DNA of 64,000 bases from Macrostomum lignano (lineage: Eukaryota). A program made the translations under genes and the position numbers. Below are positions 1-12,003 of the stretch, piece after piece. The stretch's first letter is position 1. Every line of letters begins with the position of its first letter. Where the stretch lies: positions 434,001 to 498,000 of the forward strand of contig NIVC01000137.1 in the NCBI GenBank assembly GCA_002269645.1. The letters are read 5' to 3'. A model generated the notes under the pieces. It was not told where the DNA came from. It did not search any database and was given only the letters and a program-made list of their open reading frames with translations.

Positions 1-573
1 CTTCTGTGTCGGGCAGGTTCTCCGAGCTCGTTCCTTGTTTCTTCTTTGTTGCGCGCGTTTGTAGAGTTCGCTTCTTCCAATCTTCTTCTCCGGAGGAATC
101 TTCTTGAAGTCTTCGAAGTCCAAAGTCGGCCGAGAGTGAGAGCAGAACAGTGAAGTCGACGTCGAAATATCTCCTTGAGTGCGGGATTCAGTACGTTTCT
201 CGAGTGCCAAATCAGTATCAACAGTGCGCCCTAATAAACTCAAATTCTAACGCGAGGTCCTCCAAAAGGGGGCGTCTTCTTCTAGATCTAACGGAATCGG
301 AGTCGTGTTCTCCTATCTGTTAATCTAGGATAATCCAAATCAACAGTCAATAATCCTCTAAGGGTATCGAAATCGGTCCGCAGATCCTATCCAATCCCTT
401 AGGAAAATGGGAGGCCTCAAATAGTCTCAGTGAAGTCAACGGATCAGCAACGGCCGGTCGGCAATAAAATCGCTCTCAATTAATCAAAATAACGAAGACT
501 TGAACAACGCTTCTCAATTGATACGCTTCTCTCCCAGAGATATAGCCTCGATTAGTTGCTCTAACTAACCACA
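1..573 (-). mobile_element. possible LTR fragment running off the window edge
   Basis: Non-coding tract that begins TGTGGTTAG on the minus strand at 573 and has LTR-like composition. No partner LTR or TSD is visible. Confidence 0.2.
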
Positions 574-984
574 AGATCTTTTGAGGCTGCTCCGAGTCTG
601 AGGTTTCAGCTCGGATTTTACGCTTATGTTTCTAGTCGAAATTTTGGTATATACTTAGTAGCGCAACTCATATTTCATCAGATTTCAACTTATTTCATCA
701 TATTTCACCATAGTTGCAACTTGTCCCATGCTTCGTGGTACATTTTATTCACTGTCTTAAAGTAGAGTATGACAATTTTGCAATTTTTATAACATTCAAG
801 TTTTTCGCATTTTTATGTTACTACTTACAGTAGTCTACTTGTAATGTTTCTGGAGATCTCTACAAGCTGAACACAATGACCAGCTTCTATTGATCGATTC
901 CATTGGTACGAAGTAGTGCTTACAAGTGGCTTTCTTTAGCCCTGATGATGACTTTACGACAATTTAATGTCGATTCGGACAACA

Positions 985-2150
985 GAACTAAAATAACTAG
1001 ACCCGGGCATACATACGTAGTAAAACAGCTTTTTAATTTCAGTTCAGTAGCAAAGAAGAATACATAAGCTATTTTATAAGAATAAAGGCAGCTTTGATAA
1101 GTTTAGAAGCCGAGCTTGCATTCATCAGTTATGTAGCTCGTATATTATCCAGCCCCCTGAAATGCACATGACAGCTTTAGGCTGGAATGCCGAGAAAGGC
1201 AATAAAATTGGGGTGGGGTGGGGGGTAGTGTGGAAGTCACGGTTGGGGAGTTTAGGCTTTAAAAATACATTAAAATGCCTCTGTTTACTTTACTACTGAA
1301 CTGAAAGTAGGTTGCACGAAAATTTGCTGAGTGGCCCATCTAGTTTTCTATCATCTGTGATTCGGACTGACAACTATTTGACTACCTGTCAATGACCATG
1401 ACATAATGACTGCCTGCCCTAACCCTAAAAAACCAACGGTAAGTCCTAAACCTAACCCTAACCTTAGCCTTGACCTAAACTTTTATGTCGAAAACTTTCG
1501 GTCGAAGCCAGTGTGTTGTCAGCAGTGAACTTCTTAATATGTTTCATGCCCTGTTGCGTGTATCAGAGATCGCCTGCTGAAGAATAGCAAGTATTAGAAT
1601 TCGGAGTTTATCTATTGTGAGTGTATGTATAGTTGTGTTAAAAATGTCAAGCACTTTATAAATAGTTAATTTTCTTTCGAACGTGTGTAGCTGCCAGTTG
1701 ACATTTCTCAGTTTTCAGCACAGATACTAGATTACTAGAATAACTGGAGTTAAAAGTAGTAGTTGTAGTAAGCGAAGCAAAGGCATTTTAATGTATTTCT
1801 AAAGCCAAGCCTCATTTATTGGCTCTTTATCCCCCTCAGCTTAAACCCTCCAACCGCGACTTCCACGCTACCCCGCCCCGCCCCAATCTTATTGCCTTTC
1901 TCGGAATTCCAGCCTAAAGCTGTCGTGCATTTCAGTGGACTGGCTAAAGTACATTATTGCTGAACCAATTAACATGCTGTTTACGCCTGCAAGCTTGGGC
2001 TTCTAAACTTTTCAAAGTCAGTTTAGATGCCTTTCTATTGATAAAATAGCTTATGTATATTCTTCTTTGCTACTGAACTGAAAGTATAAAGCTGTTTTAC
2101 AAATTGCGCTTTTATATATGCCTGCGTGGTCCATCTAGCTATTCTATTAT
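985..2150. repeat. long diverged inverted repeat (foldback/MITE-like), arms ~985-1258 and ~1838-2150
   Basis: ttcagttcagtagcaaagaagaata (left) pairs with tattcttctttgctactgaactgaa (right); ctttaggctggaatgccgagaaaggcaataa pairs with ttattgcctttctcggaattccagcctaaag. Other copies of the motif occur at ~1290 and ~34300. Confidence 0.75.
1425..1480. repeat. degenerate telomere-like (CCCTAA) tract
   Basis: ccctaaccctaa...cctaaacctaaccctaaccttag. Confidence 0.5.
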
Positions 2151-2306
2151 ATGTAATTTTCAGTTAAAACAAGTTAACACCGAAACTCATATGCATACGT
2201 TACGAACAGGATGTAGGTTTGATAATGAAATACGTACTTTATAATTCAAAATTGACTGCCCCTACTTGTATATTTCCTGTTGCATCTTTTTATGTAATGC
2301 ATGCAG

Positions 2307-2380
2307 AAGCGTTGGAGGCCGTTCCGAGTACCAGTGCAGATCGGCGGAGTGAGGAAGGAGCCGCTCTCATGCCAAAAGAT
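2307..2380 (+). CDS. upstream coding exon of LRAT-like gene 1
   Basis: Acceptor atgcag at 2306 and donor GTAAGC at 2381. Encodes (E)ALEAVPSTSADRRSEEGAALMPKD and splices in phase 0 to 2519. A homologous exon lies at 25408-25475. Confidence 0.65.
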
Positions 2381-2518
2381 GTAAGCCGTAATTATGAACG
2401 CTTTTGTGTCGTTTGAATGATCATAAGAAGACCCGTATTATATGGTAGGTTACATGATCTGGCACTTGCATGTCAAGAGTATCACGCAGATTCTTTCCTT
2501 CATCCCATTCACCCGTAG

Positions 2519-4618
2519 GCATCAGGCAATAAACTAATTTTGGAAGCTGGCACACCTGTGGCTTTTTGCAGCCGATTCAACTACAAGTACGCAATTTTAG
2601 CCACAGAGATCACAGAAATCAATCTGAAAACGAATAGAAACAGCGACGGTTGCTACCAAGTGGAAGTGATATCCTATACGCCCGACTGGTCATGGATGCA
2701 AAAACTTTGTAGCAATGGAATCATCATGTGCCTTCTGAAATGCCTTCTGGCGATTCTCTTTGGTTTCGAGCCAGCAGTTATCACTCGAAGGACTGTTTGG
2801 CTGGACCCTGAACGCAGTTCGCTGTACAAGCTGACATACACTGGCAGAAACGGAGTGAAGGTGCTGCCTTCAGAAGAGGTGCTCAAACGGTCGGTTTCTC
2901 GCATCGGAGAACGTAGTTACGACTCAAGATGGAACAACTCGCAGGATTTTGTCCGCTGGTGCTGCACAAAGCACTGCGACAACAAGAAGTACTTTGAAAT
3001 TCCTTTTAAATCGATAAATCGACTGAAGCAGTGGGGCTATTCGTTGGAAACAAAGACAGGAGAAAAAATCAGCCCCTTAGATAGTCGATTCGCGCTAATC
3101 AGTAAACGCATTTTGGCATTCGTAGGGAAGTTTGAGGAGCTCTCAGAAGATAAAACTGACAAGTTCCCGTCTTTAGAAGTTCTGCAGTTTGAACTTCTAA
3201 CCAGCCAAAGATCCTGCAGTATGCCGAAGAATGCCGATGCCGATAAAGCAATTTGCTTTTTCACAGTTCAAAAAGATGTAGAGATAAAATCAGCTGATGT
3301 GATCAGGAGCTTCGGATCAACAGCGGTCCCCGTGGGCATTGCTAAAGAATTCTTGGAAGAAAAGACCGAGAAACTTATTGGTAAGTCAATCTGGGTGAAC
3401 AGCCATGGCAAAGATACTCAAAGTAAAATAAGTAAAATATTTTGCAACTGGCTGCGAAAGTCTACAGTTCGAACTCTGGATGACTTGGAGCTGCTGCTTC
3501 GGGCTAGCGAATATTGCGCTGCTAGCTGCTGCGGCTACGATTGCTACAGTAAACTTCCTCGGTGCTGCCGTTACATTCACAGTAAACTTCTTCAGTGCTG
3601 CTGTTACATTTATAGTAAACTAATTCGGTGCTGCTGTTGCAAACGCAGGCAGCCACAAGACTGCACTGAAAACAGATTTTACGTTGGTGAGCACGTTGAA
3701 GTTCGATCAGATAATGGAGATCCATTCCATTTGATCATTACTGAGATTGCGGATCAAAACCGTTACAAAGGCATATCCTATAAGCCTCAGACTCAAGAAG
3801 TTCCGGAAGAAGACAGAAAAACACTCGAAGTCATCTTGTCTACCGACCAAGTGGAGCTGCTGTCATTCAACGATGAAACCGCCGATCTTACAGACGCGAA
3901 GCAGAAGTTACCTGAAATGGAAAACTTGGATTGGCTGTGGGAGATTATGTGGATCATTTTTCAATTTCTTTTCTTCGTTCTGTCGCGGGTTAGGATCATT
4001 AGATTTTTTGCAGTCGTGATCAGTCCGCTGTTAAAAAACGACAAGTGCACAGTCAGGCGTCTTTTTGACAATGAAATCTGTTTCAACATTTGCCGCAAGG
4101 ATTGCGACTGTCCGTGGGAGCTGTCAACCATAATAATTTACGCTTTTCTCGTCTTAGGTTACTTTGTTTTTATTCTTGTCCAAGTTTGCCGCCACAAACC
4201 TCTTGCTATTACCCGCAAGCGCTTAAGTTGGAATTCGGCCGAAATTATATGCAACTATTTTATCACCGTTGGCCTGATATGTTTTCAACTTTGGATTCGG
4301 GAAGCCATTAATCCGCCAGACATTTTCGACAACACCGCTTCATCAATCATCACAGTGGCTGTCACCATTTTCTTGTCTTTACTCAAAGCGTTTGTTACTA
4401 AATTGCTAATCTGCTGCCCCAGTCGGGATGTGGCTTACTGCACGCACTGCTGCCTCGGCTGCTGGTGCTCCGGTGGCGGTAGCCTCAACAGCAGCATCGA
4501 TCAGCAGCAGGTGGAAGAGTCTGCAGTCGTCATTGATGAAGTTGCTATAAATAGGTCGATCAGCTACAAAGCTTTAACTGAAGAGAGGAGAGTAAATGAA
4601 GCTGTGGTAAACGCTTAA
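2519..4618 (+). CDS. LRAT/NlpC-P60-like domain multi-pass membrane protein, probable pseudoenzyme (paralog 1, terminal exon)
   Basis: ~700-codon open exon after acceptor ccgtag (2518). RIGERSYDSRWNNSQDFVRWC matches the LRAT signature RxGExxYxxxxNNCEHFxxWC. It also has a Cys-rich repeat and several hydrophobic segments. Paralog at 25775-27910. Confidence 0.8.
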   Translation, partial: ASGNKLILEAGTPVAFCSRFNYKYAILATEITEINLKTNRNSDGCYQVEVISYTPDWSWMQKLCSNGIIMCLLKCLLAILFGFEPAVITRRTVWLDPERSSLYKLTYTGRNGVKVLPSEEVLKRSVSRIGERSYDSRWNNSQDFVRWCCTKHCDNKKYFEIPFKSINRLKQWGYSLETKTGEKISPLDSRFALISKRILAFVGKFEELSEDKTDKFPSLEVLQFELLTSQRSCSMPKNADADKAICFFTVQKDVEIKSADVIRSFGSTAVPVGIAKEFLEEKTEKLIGKSIWVNSHGKDTQSKISKIFCNWLRKSTVRTLDDLELLLRASEYCAASCCGYDCYSKLPRCCRYIHSKLLQCCCYIYSKLIRCCCCKRRQPQDCTENRFYVGEHVEVRSDNGDPFHLIITEIADQNRYKGISYKPQTQEVPEEDRKTLEVILSTDQVELLSFNDETADLTDAKQKLPEMENLDWLWEIMWIIFQFLFFVLSRVRIIRFFAVVISPLLKNDKCTVRRLFDNEICFNICRKDCDCPWELSTIIIYAFLVLGYFVFILVQVCRHKPLAITRKRLSWNSAEIICNYFITVGLICFQLWIREAINPPDIFDNTASSIITVAVTIFLSLLKAFVTKLLICCPSRDVAYCTHCCLGCWCSGGGSLNSSIDQQQVEESAVVIDEVAINRSISYKALTEERRVNEAVVNA
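3545..3640 (+). repeat. 33-bp coding tandem repeat (YSKLLQCCRYI-type), ~3 units
   Basis: tacagtaaacttcttcagtgctgccgttacatt-like units, in frame. Confidence 0.85.
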
Positions 4619-5509
4619 GCCCTTTTTAATACTTGTTCGTTTAGATCGCAATGGTGTGAATGATCAAATTAATGACTGATTTTTAAGAAACAATACTTTA
4701 ATTTATATTGTCTTTTGAGGACACGAACTGCGTAACGAATGGTCTTTTATTTTCATGTTTAGTACTAGCCTTAAAAGAACTTAATTGAAATAATTAAAAA
4801 TGTTTTTTTAAGTCAAAACAGAATATTTAAATTGGATTCTAAAAGCGTAAAACAGCTAAATTCGAAGAATGATTACGAAGGTAGCTGCATTGAGTGCAAA
4901 TTTTAAGGCAGATATTTTATACGTTAAAATAAAGATAGATAGTTAAAGGTGTTTCGTCAAAGTCTGATTTACGCGTTTGCATATATTTTCGTGAAACAGA
5001 GAAATTTGAAAAAACTTCAAGCTAAATGCATGTGCATATGTAACGGTATGTCAGGGTTTTTTCTAATTAATACGGTTTTTTCTAGTTAATTATTAGTGTA
5101 GTATCTATCATTGTTTGGTTTGTTCGCCTGCAATTTTCTAGCATTGACTGTTTTTGGTTATTGGTTTCATCTGACGTATTACTTTCTATTTAAATTAAAA
5201 TTATTCGAATGTTCTGTTCTAACAATTACAAGTTCATTAGAAATTTTAACTAGCAGCTTCTTCAGCTAAGTCATCTACCCTTTTCACTGCGAATTCTCTT
5301 CACCCACATTATAATTGCCATTTGTTAATTTTTTATGGTTAATTGCTAATTGTAAATTGTCAATGGCTGATTTTTAACTGCGTATTGATTGTTAATTCCA
5401 GGTTTAGGGGTAGTTCCTTTTTGCTATTAAGGTGTTTATTAGTTACGATCAGCTATTCATTATGCAAATCCGCTAATGTATTTGAAGTGTGCCGTACGTT
5501 TTGCTCGTA

Positions 5510-6870
5510 GTTCGACACTAGGCTACTCTAATAATCTAACTTACTATTTAATTAACAATTGATTATCGTTCAGATCTGCATGAGATCAGTGTACTGCATG
5601 CATTCTGCCATTCAAGGAATACTAATTATGTTTTTCCTTTTTGGTATTGAGACGCCAAATTCCTACATATATAGCCAAATACACAGTAAGCACAGCAATA
5701 ATTGATTAGACCAATAGTTATAAAACAATTAGAATAGTACGTTTCAGCTTGCTATAACATTAAAGATTATATTTCATTTTTACCTTTGTACTCGTAGGTT
5801 AGTCTCGTAGAATCAGGGCCGAATTTGGCCAAAATTCCAAATCCTGTCAACAGGTATCTGGTAATAGAATTTTGCGTCCCGTTTAATTTTATGCATCATT
5901 TCACCTGATCCACACAGTGGCAGAACTTAATTATTTAACTATAAATTTAAGACACGGCTCGTGACTTACTTGACTTAGCTGCAGGGGTTCACGAGCAGCT
6001 AGTGCTGCAGTGTCGCGCAAGAAGGTCCAGCGGTGCAAGGGCCATGGTCACCGCTCTTGAATGTCCCTGCGGTTGAGTCCAAGCAGGGCCGCCCTGCGGA
6101 GTGCGGGGGGGGGCGGAGGACAGATGACAGTCTTGTGGGATTTCCGGCAGTTGGAAGCATTACCCACCTCTTCCTGTGCTTATATGACACCCACTGGAAA
6201 ATTATAGTGGTGACAACGGCGGCTGGGGTAGAGCTACGGCAGGGAGAAATAAAAGATCCAGTCGAGCTACCCTAATGATTGCTGCCATGAAGCAAGCGTG
6301 TACGAGCTGCTGCATACCTTTGCCATTAAATTACTGCTCTTTCCTTTAGGTATTGAGATGCAAATTGCTACAGCATTTATATCCAAATAAGCACAGCAAT
6401 TGATTGGAACAATATTTGTCAAGCAATTAGAATAGTACGACGTACGTTTTGCTAGCTATACTTTTAAAGATTATTCGTCGTAAATACTTTTCTACCTTTG
6501 TACTCGCAGTCTCGTAGAATCAGGGAGGCTTCTTATCTGTGTGCAGAATTATAGGCTAATAAAGGTATTGAAGTTTAGCTTATCTGTGTTTTCGAATAAA
6601 TGCTTGCTTGTTGTCATGACAACGGCGCTACTAGGTCCAAAAGAAAAGGTTGCATAAATAGATGAAAATTTCTAAAGGCAAGAAAATTGAACTAATTTTA
6701 TTTAGATTTAAGCCGCTAAAGGTAAGTTAAACTTTTTTATTCGATCTGACTGGGCCGAAATACGAGTACATATATCGAATATACTTGTACAGTGTATATG
6801 CATCTGGTATAGCATTTTGCGATCCCGTTAAAGTTTATGGTCATTTCACCAGGTCCACATTGACAGTACG
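5510..6870. repeat. dispersed repeat with a local diverged tandem duplication (~5600-5925 vs ~6300-6870)
   Basis: ggtattgagacgccaaatt...aagcacagcaat and ctttgtactcg...gtctcgtagaatcaggg each occur twice here; the first motif also occurs at 34500. Confidence 0.65.
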
Positions 6871-7550
6871 CAACAACGCGGCTCATTTGCACCTGCGCAT
6901 TCATGAGGTTCCCTAGGCTTTAAATTCGGACCCTCCTCAGCCTTGTTTTCGTCAAAGATTTGATTTTATTGCATTCTCCTCTCACTGTTCTCATTTACCC
7001 AGTCAGTCCCGAACATTGTATGTTATTGAATCAGTTCTCGTCCAAAACCCAGACCATTGAGTCTGCTCTGAGGCTAACACCGCCCTCCCAACCAACACTC
7101 ATTGAGCCCGGCAGGATCTGCTGAGTCTGCTAGTTTTGTTTAATTCCGTTCTAACTGGAACCGAGCATCTTATCCACCCGACGGGACAACCACAACAGCG
7201 CAGCCAGCAGAGCATTTCCTGGGCTTAGCAAAAAGTACAGCATGCCTGTACAACCAGAAGATAGTAGAATGATATCCCAAATAACATTTGGAGTAGAAAG
7301 CAGATATCTGTAGACGTACATGTATGAGAAAACGTGCGCCTCATAAATCATAAATCAAATTGTGAGAAAAATTCTCTAAACGCTTTAAAGAAATGATTTT
7401 GATTCAAGAAACAGCTAAACATAGAATCCCAAAAGAGTGCGAGAGGTAATCCAGAAAAACAAATGAAACAATACTAAGATTAATAATTATTTCCAACTCA
7501 AAGAAAAAGAAAGTGGCAAAAACGCCGACAGAGCATAAAAAATGTTATTA

Positions 7551-7911
7551 TTTTTTTTTTTAGAGGCAGGGGGGTTGTGTGCACCCTGGCGCACTTTAAG
7601 CGACATAGGAACAACCGGCGAGAGGCATTACTGCCCATTCCGCCGACTCCCCTGAGCAGGCATACAATCGCGCGGATACGTACGCAGGCACACACTCACA
7701 CAGGAGTGTACAGCGGTCCTAACTTTTTATTATCGTTAGGCATGTACACTTCACTGCGCCATGGGGGGTTGGCTCTCAAGGCCGTTAATTGCACGAGCAG
7801 AGCCAAGCCGAGATTCCAATTCAGCCCCAAATTAATGTGACTGCACTTGGAATCGAGCCTGGGTCGCTGGCACACCAGAGCAGCTGCGCTACCGCTGGGC
7901 TAGGGCCCCCC
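7551..7911 (-). mobile_element. tRNA-derived SINE, full length
   Basis: Minus strand shows A box TAGCCCAGCGG, B box GGCTCGATTCC, a ~280-nt body and a poly(A) tail. Near-identical copies at 28661, 32332 and 57983. Confidence 0.9.
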
Positions 7912-8589
7912 GAGCCGATACTGTACGAACCTAATTTGTGAATGCACAGTTTCAAACAAGTGCGTCCATATAGAACCCCCAAAAAATAAAGGCGTTTCAC
8001 GCGCGCTGCTGACAGTAGAGCCTTCTGAATGAGACAATAATTATTGGTTGAGTTGAAAAGAAGAAGGCATCGAGGCCTGATTTTTTTGTCTTTTAAGTAG
8101 AACTTAAGGAGCAAGAGAAGTTAAGCGTTAGGCTTGCGTTTAATGGCTTTCCAGCTTTCCAAAGTTTCCCAAAATATAGGGAAAACTTAACTTCTTTAGA
8201 CGCACGATAAAACTCTAAACAAAATAAAATATGCGCCTTCAATTTCCTTTATTCTAAGCGGTTATTTTTTCCTAGCTACTTTTGTCGTGGTTCTTTCCAT
8301 TCGCTACCTTTCGTTATAGTAGGTAATGTCTTATGGCTAGAACGTGCACTGTTTTTGTACGTATAGCTTAAGAACTTCGAAAATGTTGGATGACAATCCA
8401 TCATCTTAAATTCCGTTCCGTTTACGCTTATTTTAAACACGTCTGAAGCTTTTCTGTACGCAAGTGGTAGGTCGATCGCCTAATCGGCCTGGAAAAATGA
8501 ACAATTGCCTGAGTAGGAGCTTAGACTTAGATAAAAACAAATCAGTAGACTGGCGATAGTTTATCAATTAACATCACACAGACGGAAAC

Positions 8590-8770
8590 TGTTCGTTTTT
8601 TTAGCTTAACTCTGCAGACACTTGGTCTTTTCAATTATATTTTGGCAACTCTTTAAGCCACCGAATTGAACTGTACAAATATCCATAGACAACAATAGGA
8701 TTCTCAGCCGTTGACGGCTACTAAGCAAAGTGCATTCTCTAATAAATAAAAGTTCATCACAGTGCTAACA
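8590..8770 (-). repeat. 3' LTR of element A (181 bp)
   Basis: 158 bp match 22806-22963 with 3 substitutions; adjoins the PPT and the TSD. Confidence 0.9.
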
Positions 8771-8791
8771 CTCCTTCCCATTAGTTAACAG

Positions 8792-11700
8792 CTAGGTAGG
8801 TACACCAAGCTTGCGGTACTCAAGTCGCCTTGGTAATTGCCGATGGCGATTACTTCTCCGAAGACCAGACTCTTGATCCGTGTGCACATGTTCTTCAGTC
8901 TCCATCTCCACCAGGTCATCGGAACCGGAACTCCTTGGCTTTGTCTGTTCACGATGGTAGCGTCCACACCTTCCGTCCTCCAGCTCAACGTCGACCACAA
9001 CCTTTCCCTCTGTTGCCACCACTTCGCCAGACTTCCACTTTGTCATCTCGTTGTTGTAGGTTTTCACCCAGACTGGCTCACGTGCCAGAGAAAATGCAGG
9101 GGTGCGAAGTAGGTGACCTCTCATCAGCTCAGAGGGCGATTTTCCGGTCGTAGAATGTTTCGCGTTCCGGTATTGAAGCAGAAACTGGTCGACGCAACTC
9201 TGAAGGTCGTCTTCTTCAGCGGCTCGGACGTGATTTTTGAAATCTCTCACAAAGCGCTCGGCCAGTCCATTCGACCTTGGATGATACGGTGGTGTAAGAA
9301 CATGTCGGCAGTTGATTCCTTTTAACCAACCTTGCATTTCTTTCGATACAAATTGAGGTCCATTGTCGGAAACAATAGTCACGGGCACGCCTTCTTGGGC
9401 GAACGTTCTTCGCAGTCGCTTGATTGTCTCAGATGAAGTGGTTCCCTTAGTCACGTGAACTTCAGCCCATTTACTGAACGCATCAATCAGTACCAACATG
9501 TAGTTTCCTCCCTTCATAGGCCCTGCGTAGTCCATGTGAACTCTTGACCAGCATTCAGTCTCATCCGGCCACGAAGTCCATTGTCGGGTGGCCCCATGAT
9601 CCTTGTGTTCCTGGCACGAACTACATCCTTTCGCATACTTTTCGATGTCTCGATCTACTTCAGGCCACCAGACGCATTGTCTAGCTATGGATTTCATCTT
9701 TTCTGGTCCGATGTGTCCTTCGTGCAGCAATCGCAAAGTTGCAGAACGCTCCTGCTTTGGTACAACCAGCCGAATACCTCTGTACAGCAATCCATTCTCA
9801 ATGATCGTCCCTGAATCGGCTAAACTGTTGTAGTTCTCGAAGTCCTTCTGCATTCCAGCCAAACTTGACTTGAGCGAATAACTTCCGGAGCTCTGAATCC
9901 TCTTTGGATTGTCTTCTCAAACGCTCCTTGTTGATTGGAAAATCTAGTAGGCAGTCCTGCACTGAGCTAATGTCAAACTGCTCCCCTTCAGACGTGCTGT
10001 TCTGCAGTCTTGACAGGGCATCGGCCACGGGAATCTCAGCAGATCTCTTGCACTCAATGGCGTATTCGTAGCTCATCAAAGTGATTGCCCAGCGTTTCAC
10101 TCTCGCTGCAGCAACAGTTGACAAGGATCTGCCAGGATCAAAGATGAACTTTAACGGTTGGTGATCTGTGCGAATGACGAACTTGTGTCCCAGCAAATAC
10201 TTGTGTAAGCGCTTCACAGCCCATACAATGGCGAGGGCCTCGCGTTCAATTTGAGCATAGTTGCGCTCTGCTTGAGTTAGAGTCTTTGAAATGAATATTA
10301 CGGGCCCAGACGACTGCTCGAGGACTGCACCAAGTCCCGATGGTGACGCGTCAGTAGTGAGACAGTAGTGGTGACGCGTCCGCGTCATCTTATCTGATGG
10401 ATCAAAAGGCTTGAGAGCGACTGCATTGTGTAGTTCGTCCTTGATGCTCTGAAAGGCTCTCTGCTCGATTGGGCCCGATGCCCACTTCGTTCCTGACCTG
10501 GTCAGTTTCGTTAGAGGTTCTTTCAGGCTCGCGAGATTCTTGATACACCGTCCGTAGAAATCGACCATCCCGATAAATGACTGCAGCTGCTTGAGATTCT
10601 TTGGCTATTCTAATCCTGCAATCTCCTTGGCTTTCTTTGGTGGTGGACGAATGCCGTTTTCACTGATCTCATATCCCAGGAACATGATAGATGGCTTGTT
10701 AAAAGTGCATTTCTCCTCGTTAATGCACGAGGATTCGCTCAGTCCACTCTCCTTTAAAATTCGAAGCACATTGGACAGTCTGTTGTCATGACTCTGTTGG
10801 TTGAAACCCCACACAAGAATGTCATCCTGGTAGGAAATGACACCTTCTATGTTTAGAAGCAACCTGTCCATGAATGACTGAAAAATTGCTGGTGCTTGCT
10901 TTACTCCATATGCCAATGCAGTGGGCCTGTATAAGCCGAACGGAGTGCTCCACGTCAGCATCACGCTGCTGTCTTCATCCACCGGTACTTGGAGGTACGC
11001 ATTTGATAGGTCCAACGTAGAGAATCGGCGGGCACGGCCTAGTTTTGACAGAACTTCGTCAATTGTGGGCGTTGTTGACACCATGTCTTTCAGCAGTGGG
11101 TTGAGGGTAACCTTGTAGTCACCACAAATCCGAACCTTTCCAGACTGCTTTCGAACACAGACAATGGGTGTAGCCCACTCGCTGGATTCCACCTTCTGGA
11201 GCTGTCCAGCCTCTTCCATTCTCTTCAACTCGGCCTTGACATCGTCCTGAATCCCGTATGGAATTTGCCGAGGTTTAAAAAGATGGGCTTTGCTCCAATG
11301 ATACAGAAAATCTTTTAACAGAGCACGCCGTTGTAGGATTCGAGCCGTCTTCCTCAGGCACCGTACATTTTGTAATAAAAGTGTAGAGGTCTGGCTCAAG
11401 GGCAGCAATCCAATCTAGGCCATAGTTAGATTCGGCTTTTGGGTTGTCCACCACAAACAGAGTTAGGTCGGAACTTACTGAGTTTAGCTTGGCGTTCACA
11501 ATAGCTTCGCCTTTCACTAGCACTGGATCCCCTTGATACGCAGCGAATCGTCTGCTTGTGGGCCTTACATTTGCTGGTTCGAGTAGGCTTTGAAACACCG
11601 AGCTTGACACGAACGTTGAGCACGACCCGGTGTCCAGTAGCATCTTGATTTTCGTACCATTGACTACTACATGTCGCGTTATCCTTCTGCTTCCACGACC

Positions 11701-12003
11701 ATCTTCCGACGTCATCATCGAGAAAATGTGCCCGACTTGATCAGCTGCATCGTCGATTGCTCTGACTCTGCTCCTTGGATGCCGTCCGCCTCCTTGTGAC
11801 CATTTTTTGCTCGTTGAAGGCCGTTGTCCACCTTTGTTCGGTCCGCACCTGCAAACTGCTTTGAGATGACCAACCTTACCACACTGAAGGCCTGTCTTAG
11901 TCCGGTGGTGGCACTGGTCCTTTGTATGTCCTTCCCTGCCGCAGCAGAAGCACTTGACTTGGCGCAATTGGCCGTTCTTCTGGTCGCTTTTCTGGTACGC
12001 TGG
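8792..12003 (-). pseudogene. element A gag(3')-pol: zinc knuckles, protease, RT, RNase H, integrase
   Basis: CFCCGREGHTKDQC; second knuckle has Cys->Gly (GLQCGKVGHLKAVC); LLDTGS; YQDDIL; TDASPSGLGAVL...TDHQPL; HEGHIG...CSSC and DDE core. Lesions: +1 shift near 11280, TAG at 10605-10607, shift near 9805. Confidence 0.92.

Noticed and set aside
7498-8114. short ORFs over SINE copies (also at 28.6, 32.4 and 58.0 kb)
   Set aside because: They overlap a non-coding Pol III element and their frames are not conserved among copies.
11273-11279. UUUAAAC in element A as a programmed frameshift
   Set aside because: The heptamer is out of phase and the shift needed is +1. A 1-nt insertion in a T run is simpler, and Mag-like elements use a single ORF.
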